In this document: one piece after another, positions 1 through 9,614 of the stretch | Numbering within the stretch: the stretch's first letter is position 1 | How the letters are laid out: each line of letters begins with the position of its first letter | NCBI GenBank assembly: GCA_036336685.1 | Contig: JAYZFO010000008.1 | Span: 9,923-73,922, forward strand | Source: Pseudomonadota bacterium | GTDB taxonomy: Bacteria > Pseudomonadota > Alphaproteobacteria > MPNO01 > UBA830 | Length of the DNA: 64,000 bases | Direction: 5' to 3' | Program-made: the position numbers and the translations under genes | The notes under the pieces: generated by a model | What the model saw: the letters and a program-made list of their open reading frames with translations, nothing else | Database searches by the model: none | What the model was told of the DNA's origin: nothing

Positions 1-439
1 TCTGACCGCGATGGGCGAACCAAAAGACCGCGTGCACGGGTTAGAGAGCGGCGCGGACGATTACATGACTAAACCTTTTGAGCCTCGTGAATTGGTTCTG
101 AGGATAAAGTCGATATTGGGTCGAAGCACCGGAGCCGTTCCGAAGGTCGTCGTGAACCTCGGTGAATATCGTTTTGATATTATTCGGCGCGAACTGCGAA
201 AAGGCGCAACGGGGATACACTTAACAACAATAGAAGCCAATCTGTTATCTGTACTAGCAAAAAACCCTGGAGTACCGATGACTCGGGACGAATTAATCGC
301 TCAATGCCGAATAGATGGTGGTGAACGGACAGTGGATGTGCAGGTTACTCGACTGCGACGGAAAATTGAAAAAGACGCCCGAGAGCCTCGCTTTCTTCAC
401 ACAATTAGGGGACACGGTTACGTGCTTCACCCCGACTGA
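1..439 (+). CDS. OmpR/PhoB-family response regulator (3' part; the gene starts upstream of the window)
   Basis: The frame is open from base 2. LTAMGEPKDRVHGLESGADDYMTKPF is the end of a receiver domain, followed by a winged-helix output domain (VDVQVTRLRRKIE, IRGHGYVL). The ATG at 11 in the ORF track is internal. Confidence 0.9.
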   Translation, partial: LTAMGEPKDRVHGLESGADDYMTKPFEPRELVLRIKSILGRSTGAVPKVVVNLGEYRFDIIRRELRKGATGIHLTTIEANLLSVLAKNPGVPMTRDELIAQCRIDGGERTVDVQVTRLRRKIEKDAREPRFLHTIRGHGYVLHPD

Positions 440-463
440 TAGATCGCGTAAAATAAAGGAGAG

Positions 464-1792
464 ATGAAAACGCCCCACTTTCGCGTGAATATAAAGAAAT
501 ATTTGCCTAAATCATTTTTAGGCAGGTCAATTATTATTATAATTACCCCTTTAATTCTCCTTCAAGTCGTATCGACTTGGATCTTCTACGACCGACATTG
601 GGATCTTATTACCAGACGCCTCGCAGACTCCGTAGCCGGAGAAATTGGTTTAGTAATTGACGGGATGGGCGAGTTGGAACAGGCTGAAAATTATGCATGG
701 CTTATACGCTCCGCCCGTGATTTGGGTATACTTTTTAATTTTAGAGAGGCGGAAATATTGCCTAATAAGCCGCGAGAGGAAGGCAGTGGCATATTAGATA
801 CAAGGCTAGCGAACGCGATGAGAGAGAGAGTACGTAGGCCTTTTCAGATTGATACCTGGAGCCACGACCGTCTAGTCCAAATGAAAGTACAATTGCCCGA
901 TGGCGTAATGGAAATATTTGTTCCGAGGGAACGCCTATTTAGCTCTACAACATACATATTTGTAATGTGGATGGTTGGTACTTCTCTTTTATTATTTGCG
1001 ATAGCAACCATGTTCATGAGAAACCAAGTCCGCCCAATACGGCGACTAGCTGCTGCGGTGGACAATTTTGGCAAAGGACGCGATGTACCAGGCTTCAAAC
1101 CAGAAGGAGCCACTGAAATCAGAATGGCAGCGGCTGCATTTGAGCGCATGCGCAGTCGGATAAACAATGCTCTAACCCAACGGACTGAAATGCTGGCGGG
1201 TGTGTCTCACGATCTACGAACACCACTAACTAGAATGAAGCTTCAACTAGCATTACTCGGGGACACACCAGAAGTAAGCGAACTCGAAAACAACCTCCGG
1301 GAAATGGAAATAATGGTGGAAGAGTTTCTTGCGTTTGCGGGTGGAGAGGGAACCGAAGATGTCATTCAATCTAATCTTGGGTACATACTATCGTCGGTTG
1401 TGCGCGGTGCCGCCGCATCGGGCGGAAATGTAAAACTGAATATGGAAGACGATTTAGTATTATTTATGCGTCCAAACGCGGTAAAACGTTGCGTTACAAA
1501 TTTAGTTGTTAACGCTTTAACATATGCAGATATGGTACTGGTATCAGCCGTTCGTCGGGACTCGGTAGTAGAAATATATATAGACGATGACGGACCAGGT
1601 ATCCCGCTAGAAGAGCGGGAAGCAGTTTTTAAACCATTCTACCGCTTAGACGCGTCTCGGAATTCGGAAACAGGAGGCACCGGACTCGGTTTATCCATCG
1701 CTCGAGATCTGGCACGGGGTGCAGGCGGCGATGTAAGGTTAGAACAATCAACTTTTGGCGGATTGCGCGCCTGTATTAATTTGCCTGTCTGA
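464..1792 (+). CDS. EnvZ-like sensor histidine kinase
   Basis: It has two hydrophobic segments flanking a roughly 130-aa loop, an H-box (SHDLRTPLTR) and ATPase boxes (DDDGPGIP, GGTGLGLSIA). An AAGGAG RBS precedes it, and it starts 24 nt after the response regulator stop. Confidence 0.9.
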   Translation: MKTPHFRVNIKKYLPKSFLGRSIIIIITPLILLQVVSTWIFYDRHWDLITRRLADSVAGEIGLVIDGMGELEQAENYAWLIRSARDLGILFNFREAEILPNKPREEGSGILDTRLANAMRERVRRPFQIDTWSHDRLVQMKVQLPDGVMEIFVPRERLFSSTTYIFVMWMVGTSLLLFAIATMFMRNQVRPIRRLAAAVDNFGKGRDVPGFKPEGATEIRMAAAAFERMRSRINNALTQRTEMLAGVSHDLRTPLTRMKLQLALLGDTPEVSELENNLREMEIMVEEFLAFAGGEGTEDVIQSNLGYILSSVVRGAAASGGNVKLNMEDDLVLFMRPNAVKRCVTNLVVNALTYADMVLVSAVRRDSVVEIYIDDDGPGIPLEEREAVFKPFYRLDASRNSETGGTGLGLSIARDLARGAGGDVRLEQSTFGGLRACINLPV

Positions 1793-2182
1793 ATAAATTG
1801 GCTGCAATATGTGGCACAATGCTTCACAAAAGACGGTAAAACGTCTAACGGTGCAAAAGAAAGCTGATAGGCCTTCACAAATCTGGAAAGACCAGTTTAA
1901 GTTATTATCGCTGCCATCAATTCAAGCCTTCTTAGGGACAGCCTTCGGAAAACGATAAATTACTTTTCCTGTCCCTCTGGCGACAGTTAGAGAAAATATT
2001 GGCGACGTCAATTTATGGCCGAACGACGAGCTTATAAACTTTCCTCTCTTCTATAAGACCGTTTTCAAATATCAATTTTTTCTAATCTACCGGTTTTCGG
2101 TTATACTTATTTTGGCGGTGAAATCCCGCAGGACCGAACCGGTATTTGGATAGGATAAGTCAACTTTTAATAAATGAGGTAG

Positions 2183-2794
2183 TTAGGTTCTGCCTCCAGA
2201 ATTTGGGATTTTTTCGAACGTGCATAGCATTGTTTCAACTCGGCCAATGCTTCGGTCAAGGTGCGACAATGTCGATGACATGTCCTCGCTTTCATCTTTT
2301 AACCAAACACGCATCGTCGACAGATAAATTATGGACAACACTTTAATGCGTATAAGGCCGACAAAACCAGAGGAATTTAATCCCGCCGCTTCTAAAGACC
2401 ATGCCATCGCTTTTGAAAAAGAAGGCATCAAGCGTAAAGTAGAGTATGGGTCGTAAGCGGTATTTATCATAATCGAGCGCACCACGCCTTTATTACGGTT
2501 TAGAAGCTCAAACCGCCTCATCAATACGTCGGTCAAACGATCTCGCTGCGGCTCCTCTCTATCATTAAAGTCATGCCCCGAAAGAAGCCCCTTATTTATT
2601 CTTTCTATAAAACCGCTCACAAGGTGCAATTTAGTAGGATAATATTTGTAGACCGTCGTCAAATTCGCACCAGAAGCCTCCGCAATCATTTCCATTGAAA
2701 CGCTACGCCACGGTTTATCAGAAATAAGAACCAAAGCCGCTGATAAAATTCGTTCTGCCCCTGGCTGTCTATTTGTAGCGCGTTTTTCCATCAT
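2183..2794 (-). CDS. TetR/AcrR-family transcriptional regulator
   Basis: It has an N-terminal TetR HTH (SVSMEMIAEASGANLTTVYKYYPTK) and is about 200 aa. It is divergent from the sigma-factor gene. Confidence 0.85.
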   Translation of the reverse strand: MMEKRATNRQPGAERILSAALVLISDKPWRSVSMEMIAEASGANLTTVYKYYPTKLHLVSGFIERINKGLLSGHDFNDREEPQRDRLTDVLMRRFELLNRNKGVVRSIMINTAYDPYSTLRLMPSFSKAMAWSLEAAGLNSSGFVGLIRIKVLSIIYLSTMRVWLKDESEDMSSTLSHLDRSIGRVETMLCTFEKIPNSGGRT

Positions 2795-2912
2795 TCGTCC
2801 TTAGTTTCTTTACCTCAAACTCCGGGCTTTAATCCAATGAAGCGTTATTTTAAACTTGTTGATCCTGGTTCATTCGTGTGCAACGATTTCAAATACCACA
2901 ATTGGAGCCAAA

Positions 2913-3725
2913 ATGCGCCCCTCATTTCCAGCAAACCTGGCAAAAGCGCTCAAGCGGATGCCTAGATTGACGGCCTCGGAGGAGCGCCAACTAATTCTAG
3001 GATTCCAATCTGGGGATAGCCGAGCGAGCGAGCGGCTAGTACTTAGCCAACTTCGGTTTGTAATTAAGGTTGCGCGACGATACAGAAGGGATAATTTCGC
3101 GTTGCCGGATCTCGTCCAAGAGGGTGTCGTTGGATTACTAGAAGCAATCAAAAGATTCAATCCAGACAAGGGCGTACGTCTTTCAACTTATGCTGTGTGG
3201 TGGATTCGCGCATCCATACAAAACTATGTTTTGCGCTCAGTGTCAGCTGTTCGACCGGTCACAACACCACAGCATCGAACCCTATTTTTCAGTTCAGAGG
3301 TATGGAGACTAAACGAGCAAAGCGACACAGCAGTCCGCGCGATGGCCAACCGGTTGGGAACTAAAATCGAAGATGTCCGGTCCTTCTTGCTTCGAATTCG
3401 AGCTTCAGATCGTTCCATAGATACGGTGAGCGAATCAAACGATGCAGCTATTAAAAACCTAACTGATGAGAGACCAAACCCAGAAATATGCCTGACAACG
3501 AAACGTGAAAGAATTGTCCTAATAAAGCGGCTGCGCGCAGCCATACCACATATGACTAAGCGTGAGCGACATATCCTACGGCGGCGTTTTTTAGCTAATA
3601 CGCGCATTAGCCGCAACAAAATTGGAAAAGAACTAGGGTTATCTAAAGAACGCGTTCGTCAACTCGAACACCGAGCCCTCCAAAAACTCCGTTCCACGGG
3701 GAATGTTCTTGAAGTGGCTAAATAA
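2913..3725 (+). CDS. rpoH: RpoH-like (sigma-32 family) RNA polymerase sigma factor
   Basis: Region 2 (DLVQEGVVGLLEAIKRFNPDKGVRLSTYAVWWIRASIQNYVLR), an RpoH-box-like segment (QHRTLFFSS) and region 4 (LGLSKERVRQLEHRALQKLR) are present. I prefer the ATG at 2913 with a GGAG RBS over the TTG at 2856 in the ORF track. Confidence 0.8.
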   Translation: MRPSFPANLAKALKRMPRLTASEERQLILGFQSGDSRASERLVLSQLRFVIKVARRYRRDNFALPDLVQEGVVGLLEAIKRFNPDKGVRLSTYAVWWIRASIQNYVLRSVSAVRPVTTPQHRTLFFSSEVWRLNEQSDTAVRAMANRLGTKIEDVRSFLLRIRASDRSIDTVSESNDAAIKNLTDERPNPEICLTTKRERIVLIKRLRAAIPHMTKRERHILRRRFLANTRISRNKIGKELGLSKERVRQLEHRALQKLRSTGNVLEVAK

Positions 3726-3896
3726 TTAATGCTGTGAAGAAATAAGTAATTTAGGGAAGACACTAAAAATTTCAAAGTTAAGCGCAAATACGTGTTAAAC
3801 TCTACCAGACCGAAAAAATAGAATATCCGGCTAACGTCTTAAAAACAAAATGCTTTGAATAAATTTGGGAATTAGACACAATGTGAAATTGACCGC

Positions 3897-4724
3897 TTAA
3901 GTATACTCAGCCAAGTCCCGTGAACGGGCCGCTGCCACTTCGACCGCCCGTAACATCAAGTTTTCTATACCTTCATCACTCATTAAAACCTCTAGAGCCG
4001 CCGCGGTAGTGCCGCCTGGACTTGTAACATTTTGGCGCAAAACGGAGGCATCCTCGTCCGATCTTAGTGCTAATTCACCCGCCCCAGAAACAGTGACCAA
4101 TGCAAGTTTGGCGGCCACCTCGTCTGGTAGCCCCTGTTTTCTTGCTGCAGCCGCAAGGCACTCTATTAACAGAAATACATACGCAGGACCGCTACCAGAT
4201 ATCGCGGTAACAGAGTCTATCTGGGCTTCCTCTGAAATCCAAACCACTTCACCCATTGCTTCTAGTAGACTATGGCAGGATTTTTTCTGATTGATGGAAA
4301 CATATCTATTTGGGTAGGCCGCGGTTATGCCCCGACCAATGGCCGCAGGTGTATTTGGCATTGTTCTAACAATAGCAGTATCGCGACCCAAATACCTTTC
4401 CAAAAATTCCACGGTGCGTCCGGCGGCGATCGAAACTGTTACAGCCCCAGCTTGAGCCAACTTTGCGTAGTGGGGCACAATTGTACTCATGCCCTGCGGT
4501 TTAACCGCTAAAACAATCACGTCGGGAGTAAAGTTTGAATCCAAATTCTGTATATTTGGCACAACTGACACCGCTAAATCTATATCAATGGCTCTGGAAA
4601 CGGCGGTGTCCGGTTCGACGACACGCACTCTCTCTGTTTCTAACCCCTTGGATAACCACCCGCGCAACATTGCACTACCCATCTTGCCACCACCGACTAG
4701 AAGCACCTTATTGGATAAGGTCAT
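3897..4724 (-). CDS. proC: Pyrroline-5-carboxylate reductase
   Basis: It has an N-terminal Rossmann motif (VLLVGGGKMGSAML) and the C-terminal ProC signature (VTSPGGTTAAALEVL). I prefer the ATG at 4724, which has a GGGGG RBS. Confidence 0.9.
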   Translation of the reverse strand: MTLSNKVLLVGGGKMGSAMLRGWLSKGLETERVRVVEPDTAVSRAIDIDLAVSVVPNIQNLDSNFTPDVIVLAVKPQGMSTIVPHYAKLAQAGAVTVSIAAGRTVEFLERYLGRDTAIVRTMPNTPAAIGRGITAAYPNRYVSINQKKSCHSLLEAMGEVVWISEEAQIDSVTAISGSGPAYVFLLIECLAAAARKQGLPDEVAAKLALVTVSGAGELALRSDEDASVLRQNVTSPGGTTAAALEVLMSDEGIENLMLRAVEVAAARSRDLAEYT

Positions 4725-4756
4725 TATACCCCCTGAATACTTTAACAACCTGCCGG

Positions 4757-5260
4757 TTATGCCTCCCCGGCAGTTTCTAAGATTGCTGCGGCCATCGCTA
4801 CTTCAGGTTCCTTACCACCCCAAATCACGAACTGGAAAGCCGGATAATAACGTTCGCTCTCGGTAAACGCTATATCAACCACATCCTCAAGCTGTTCTCT
4901 ACTTACGCCAGTCACCCCCCTTAGTAAAAGAGCGTGCCTGAACACAGGGAGCCCATCCTCGTGCCAAAGATCAAAATGCCCCACGAGCAGACGCTCATTG
5001 ATTAACGACAGTAACGGATAGATCTTTTGACCTTTTCGGTCCGGCACTCGCATATCGAATGCACAAGCAAACAGAAGTGCATGAACATCTTCGTGCCACG
5101 AAACAAACATCCGATAATCGCACCAATGTCCGTTAACCTCTACAGCGATATCACGATCGCTAGAACGTTCGAACAGCCAATCGTGGCTCGTCGCAATTTG
5201 TTCGATCACATCAAGAGGATTTGGAAACGTTTTTTCAACTTCATTACTTAAGGCCGTCAT
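4757..5260 (-). CDS. YbjN-domain protein
   Basis: It is 167 aa and acidic, and its sequence resembles the YbjN family often found upstream of proC in alphaproteobacteria. The family call is from memory. Confidence 0.65.
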   Translation of the reverse strand: MTALSNEVEKTFPNPLDVIEQIATSHDWLFERSSDRDIAVEVNGHWCDYRMFVSWHEDVHALLFACAFDMRVPDRKGQKIYPLLSLINERLLVGHFDLWHEDGLPVFRHALLLRGVTGVSREQLEDVVDIAFTESERYYPAFQFVIWGGKEPEVAMAAAILETAGEA

Positions 5261-5461
5261 GGCGCCCCTTTTCTACGCTGTTCAAAGAGCAACTAATCGC
5301 TCCCTACTTTATTCCGTTAACAAACACAAAATGATGGGGTTGGCCACTCCCATACTACCAGATTTAGGGTGCCAGAAGGAAAATCGAGTCGCAACAAAAT
5401 TTAGGGGCAAATAACCACTTACATCAAATATACAGTGGATAAGTATCCTATTAGGTCAGGA

Positions 5462-5788
5462 TTATTTTTTGCTACGACCTTTGCCAGATGATTTAGACTT
5501 AGGTGTAGTTGATTTTTTTGATGAAGTTATTTTTTTCGGTGAGGTTGATAGTTGGTTCTCTATTTCACCAAGTCGACTTGCCAAACTTTCGTTTTCTAGG
5601 CGGGCTTGCGTGGCCATTTTCTTAACAGCTTCAAACTCGTCGCGTGTCACTAAATCCATGTTTGAAAGAATGCGATCCATTTGATGACGCACTAAAACCT
5701 CGGCCTCCCGTCTGAGCCCTGCAAGACTATCTACAGCACCTCCAGCCACGCGCGCCGCGTCTTCAAAAAAGCGATTAGGACCAACCAT
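5462..5788 (-). CDS. UbiK/YqiC (BMFP) family accessory factor
   Basis: It is 108 aa with a coiled-coil core (DLVTRDEFEAVKKMATQARLENESLASRLGEIE) and a Lys/Ser-rich tail. Confidence 0.65.
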   Translation of the reverse strand: MVGPNRFFEDAARVAGGAVDSLAGLRREAEVLVRHQMDRILSNMDLVTRDEFEAVKKMATQARLENESLASRLGEIENQLSTSPKKITSSKKSTTPKSKSSGKGRSKK

Positions 5789-5922
5789 TTTAAGAGCACT
5801 CCGATAATACTTATACCGTATATAACTCTTTGTTTAAGATTGATGCAATCTAAGCCAAGAATTGCAGGTTTGTGCATCGCAACCTATAACCATAATTACC
5901 GTACTAAATTTGGACATCTTTC

Positions 5923-6909
5923 ATGATTATCGTTACCGGTGGCGCCGGATTTATCGGCTCAAACTTAATCAAGGAATTAGAGGCTCGTAAAAACCAGAAA
6001 ATAGTCGTCTGTGACTATTTAGGTGCGGATGACAAGTGGAAAAACATCTCTAAACGAGAGCTTGCCGACATTATTACACCGGATGTCCTTTTCGATTATC
6101 TAAACGACCACGCCAAGGACGTAGAAACAATATTCCACATGGGCGCAATTTCGGCTACTACGGAACGTAATGCCGATCAGATTGTTAGTACTAATATTCA
6201 ATTAACTATGAACCTTTGGCATTGGTGTAGTAAAAATGGAACAACATTTATCTACGCGTCCTCAGCTGCAACATATGGGGATGGTAGTAATGGTTTCCGC
6301 GACGACGATTCAACGGATAGCCTCGCTAAATTGCGGCCATTAAATCTCTATGGATGGTCAAAACACGCGGTCGACCGCCGCGTAGCGCAAATAGTACAAG
6401 AACAAGGGCCCCAACCACCACATTGGGCAGGACTGAAGTTTTTTAATGTGTACGGCCCAAATGAATATCATAAAACGGGACAATTAAGCGTCGTGCTCAA
6501 AAACTACAGAGAGATAAGTAACACTGGCAAGGCACTTTTATTCCGTTCGAATGACCCAGGGTATGCTGACGGCGAACAGAAACGCGATTTTATCTGGGTC
6601 GGAGATTGCGTAAATATAGCTCTGTGGCTCTCAGAGAATTCTAAAGGAAAAGGCATTTACAATGTTGGAACAGGGAAGGCACGTACCTTTAAGGAGCTCG
6701 CATCCGCTGTTTTCGACAGTATGGATTTAGACAATAATATTGAGTTTATCGAGATGCCTGAAGTTCTGCAGAAGCACTATCAGTACTTTACAGAGGCACA
6801 CATCTCCCGGATACGGGCACTGGGGTATCAGACACCGACCACAGAGCTTGAGGATGGTATAAAACAATATTTACAGAATTACCTAATAACAACCGATCCA
6901 TATGCGTAA
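5923..6909 (+). CDS. hldD: ADP-L-glycero-D-manno-heptose 6-epimerase
   Basis: The N-terminus MIIVTGGAGFIGSNLIKEL closely matches the E. coli HldD/RfaD N-terminus as I remember it. It has an SDR-extended fold with YGWSK (YxxxK) and is 328 aa. Confidence 0.88.
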   Translation: MIIVTGGAGFIGSNLIKELEARKNQKIVVCDYLGADDKWKNISKRELADIITPDVLFDYLNDHAKDVETIFHMGAISATTERNADQIVSTNIQLTMNLWHWCSKNGTTFIYASSAATYGDGSNGFRDDDSTDSLAKLRPLNLYGWSKHAVDRRVAQIVQEQGPQPPHWAGLKFFNVYGPNEYHKTGQLSVVLKNYREISNTGKALLFRSNDPGYADGEQKRDFIWVGDCVNIALWLSENSKGKGIYNVGTGKARTFKELASAVFDSMDLDNNIEFIEMPEVLQKHYQYFTEAHISRIRALGYQTPTTELEDGIKQYLQNYLITTDPYA

Positions 6910-6918
6910 GGAGGGTTA

Positions 6919-7710
6919 ATGGGAGTGTTATCCTACCCCGTAATCGACCCCGTCCTTCTCGAAATAGGTCCTTTAACCATTCGCTGGTATGCGCTGTCAT
7001 ACATTGCCGGAATTATACTGGCCTGGCGTTATATGATTGTGCTCGCAAAACGGTCACCTACCCAAATAAGCAAAGGTCACTTGGATGATTTCATGGTCTG
7101 GGCCACCCTTGGCATCATCTTCGGTGGCCGTTTAGGGTATACAATCTTTTATAAGCCGGCTTATTACCTTAATAACCCTCTCGAAATTTTAGCGGTCTGG
7201 CAAGGTGGCATGTCTTTCCACGGTGGTCTGCTAGGGGTTGTTATAGCTACCTGGTGGTTCTCGCGGTTGCGGGGTTACTCGTGGATAGCAATAGGTGATA
7301 TCGTAGCCTGCACGGCGCCCCTTGGATTATTCTTAGGACGACTGGCCAATTTTATAAATGGTGAGCTTTATGGTCGTGTCACGGAATCACCTCTTGGGAT
7401 GATATTTCCGGATGGTGGCCCATTGCCGCGCCATCCAAGCCAACTGTATGAGGCTCTGTTAGAAGGAGTACTTTTGTTTGGCCTACTACTTTGGTTTGCA
7501 CGTAAAAAAAATTCTTTCATGCGCACTGGCTTACTGACAGGCGTCTTTCTTACAGGGTACGCTATCTCTCGAGCCTTTGCTGAGATGTTTCGCGAACCCG
7601 ATCCGCATCTTGGATACCTTTTCATGGAAACAACTATGGGCCAATTGCTATCGTTACCACTGTTATTAATCGGAATCTGGCTGATCATTCGGTCAAGAAA
7701 ACATGTCTAA
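6919..7710 (+). CDS. lgt: Prolipoprotein diacylglyceryl transferase
   Basis: It is a polytopic membrane protein with Lgt motifs (IGPLTIRWYALSYIAG, GGMSFHGGLLG, GRLANFINGELYGR). Confidence 0.9.
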   Translation: MGVLSYPVIDPVLLEIGPLTIRWYALSYIAGIILAWRYMIVLAKRSPTQISKGHLDDFMVWATLGIIFGGRLGYTIFYKPAYYLNNPLEILAVWQGGMSFHGGLLGVVIATWWFSRLRGYSWIAIGDIVACTAPLGLFLGRLANFINGELYGRVTESPLGMIFPDGGPLPRHPSQLYEALLEGVLLFGLLLWFARKKNSFMRTGLLTGVFLTGYAISRAFAEMFREPDPHLGYLFMETTMGQLLSLPLLLIGIWLIIRSRKHV

Positions 7711-8782
7711 ACTTCGAGAGGTAATCCGAGACACAATTAATAAAACGGGGCCCATAACGGTCGCCAAGTTCATGGAACTCTCACTAGGGCACCCAGAATT
7801 TGGCTACTATACCACCCGAGATCCAATAGGTGTTAAAGGGGACTTTGTTACCTCCCCAGAGATCAGTCAGATCTTCGGCGAATTAATAGCTCTTTGGTCA
7901 GCAACCTGTTGGGAACATATGAATGCTCCTAAAAGGGTGGAAGTTATCGAATGTGGGCCCGGCCGCGGAACTTTGATGACGGACTTTTTACGGACCAGTA
8001 GAGCCATACCCGATTTTGACAAGGCAATAAATATACACCTCGTTGAAACGAGCCCAATTCTGAAAGGTCGACAGAGCAAGATACTGAACGAGATAGGTAT
8101 AAAATGGCACGATTCATTAGATACCGTGCCTATTGGGCCTACAATTTTGATTGCTAACGAATTCCTCGATGCCCTCCCGGTCCATCAACTTGTCAAAACA
8201 CCAGGAGGATGGGCAGAACGGCGGGTCGAACGAGCAAACAAAGGTTTTATGTTTACAACAGATAAACCTTCACCCAAGACGAAGGCAAAGATTCCAGAAA
8301 GCTTGCTTAGTGCCACAACAGGGTCTGTGTATGAATATTCGTCAGCAGCATTAGAGGTAGCGGACCAAATAGTTCAGCGGTTTAAAGCGGCCCCTGGATA
8401 TGCCCTTTTTATTGACTATGGGTACGACAAATATCAAACAGGGGACACACTCCAAGCAGTTAAATCTCAAAGCTATGCTGATGTACTCGTAAATCCCGGA
8501 CAGGTTGATCTTACAGCTCATGTTAACTTCGCGGCACTCGGCGAACGTATAAGAGATCATGGCATGAGTACATTGGGTCCAATAAGCCAAGCGTCTTTTC
8601 TAATTAGCCTAGGTATTTTCCGCCGCACTAGGGACTTGACAAAAAATGCTAATGCCGACCAGGCCAGAATGATAAACTCCGGAACCGGGCGACTAATAAA
8701 TCTTCACCAAATGGGTGCTTTATATAAAGTTTTCGTGGCGATGGGGACGGACCTACCCACTCCGGCTGGTTTTGAGCAATGA
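7703..8782 (+). CDS. Class I SAM-dependent methyltransferase (DUF185 / NDUFAF7-like)
   Basis: It carries GDFVTSPEISQIFGE and ECGPGRGTLM motifs typical of the DUF185 family. It overlaps the lgt end by 8 nt. Confidence 0.8.
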   Translation: MSKLREVIRDTINKTGPITVAKFMELSLGHPEFGYYTTRDPIGVKGDFVTSPEISQIFGELIALWSATCWEHMNAPKRVEVIECGPGRGTLMTDFLRTSRAIPDFDKAINIHLVETSPILKGRQSKILNEIGIKWHDSLDTVPIGPTILIANEFLDALPVHQLVKTPGGWAERRVERANKGFMFTTDKPSPKTKAKIPESLLSATTGSVYEYSSAALEVADQIVQRFKAAPGYALFIDYGYDKYQTGDTLQAVKSQSYADVLVNPGQVDLTAHVNFAALGERIRDHGMSTLGPISQASFLISLGIFRRTRDLTKNANADQARMINSGTGRLINLHQMGALYKVFVAMGTDLPTPAGFEQ

Positions 8783-9561
8783 CACAACAAATGCTGACCT
8801 CCACGTATTTTAGAAATCAACCAAACCTGCGACATGGGTTTTTCACGCGGCGAGGCGGCGTTAGTAAAGGCATATATGCTTCGTTGAATTGTGGACCGGG
8901 TTCACAAGACAGCATCGACGCAGTGACAGAGAACCGACATCGGGCGTGCAAAAGTCTTACCTTATCCCACGAAAACTTAGTGACGCTCCGACAAGTACAT
9001 AGTGCCAAAAGCATTATCATCACTGAGGCACTTTCAAATATAAAGAAAACACCACAGGCCGACGCGCTGGTCACGCGAACCCCGGGACTAATCCTCGGGA
9101 TTTTGACTGCGGATTGCGCGCCGATCTTATTTGGCGACGTCATGCATGGTGTAATTGGTGCAGCACACGCGGGCTGGAAGGGGGCACTCGATGGGGTCAT
9201 TGAGGGCACTGTCTCAGCAATGCTGAAGATAGGCGCAAATAAAAAAAATATAGTGGCAAGTATTGGTCCCTGCATCGCGCAGCCGTCGTATCAGGTCGGT
9301 GCCGATTTTTACACCTTATTTGTTCGCTCTGACCCAGAAGCTTCAGGCTTCTTCCAGCGCGAACCATGTAGCGACAAGCATATCTTTGATCTTGGTGGTT
9401 ACATCCGCGCACGCCTCATAAAAGTTGGCATCGCTCGCGTTGAAACCTTTAGAAATGATACATATGAAGAGGAAGAATTATTTTTTAGCTACCGACGTAA
9501 TACTCATCGTAAACTCTCCGACTACGGTCGTATGATATCCGCCATTGCAATAGCAGAATAA
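8779..9561 (+). CDS. pgeF: YfiH/PgeF-family laccase-domain protein (peptidoglycan editing factor)
   Basis: It has the motifs VHSA, ADALVT, LTADCAPILF and AHAGWKG. An ATGA overlap links it to the upstream gene. Confidence 0.8.
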   Translation: MTQQMLTSTYFRNQPNLRHGFFTRRGGVSKGIYASLNCGPGSQDSIDAVTENRHRACKSLTLSHENLVTLRQVHSAKSIIITEALSNIKKTPQADALVTRTPGLILGILTADCAPILFGDVMHGVIGAAHAGWKGALDGVIEGTVSAMLKIGANKKNIVASIGPCIAQPSYQVGADFYTLFVRSDPEASGFFQREPCSDKHIFDLGGYIRARLIKVGIARVETFRNDTYEEEELFFSYRRNTHRKLSDYGRMISAIAIAE

Positions 9562-9614
9562 AATTAAAATGCCCTACATGATCATGTTTATTGTCGCTCT
9601 TGTTTTGGGCTTGA

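Noticed and set aside
2088-2144. An imperfect inverted repeat (TACCGGTTTTCGGT ... ACCGAACCGGTA) between the convergent histidine kinase and TetR genes.
   Set aside because: It gives a 12-bp stem with a 2-nt bulge, but the loop is about 31 nt and there is no T-run. It is too weak to call a terminator or an operator, and it lies downstream of both genes.
8817-9275. A 152-aa minus-strand ORF inside pgeF. Similar long antisense ORFs occur at 3224-3619, 4489-4866, 16547-16900, 21867-22217, 23263-23628, 36431-36808, 39684-40043, 55706-56041 and 60012-60365.
   Set aside because: Each lies fully within a gene on the opposite strand that carries strong family motifs. Their compositions (Ser/Arg/Pro/Cys-rich) are typical of shadow ORFs.
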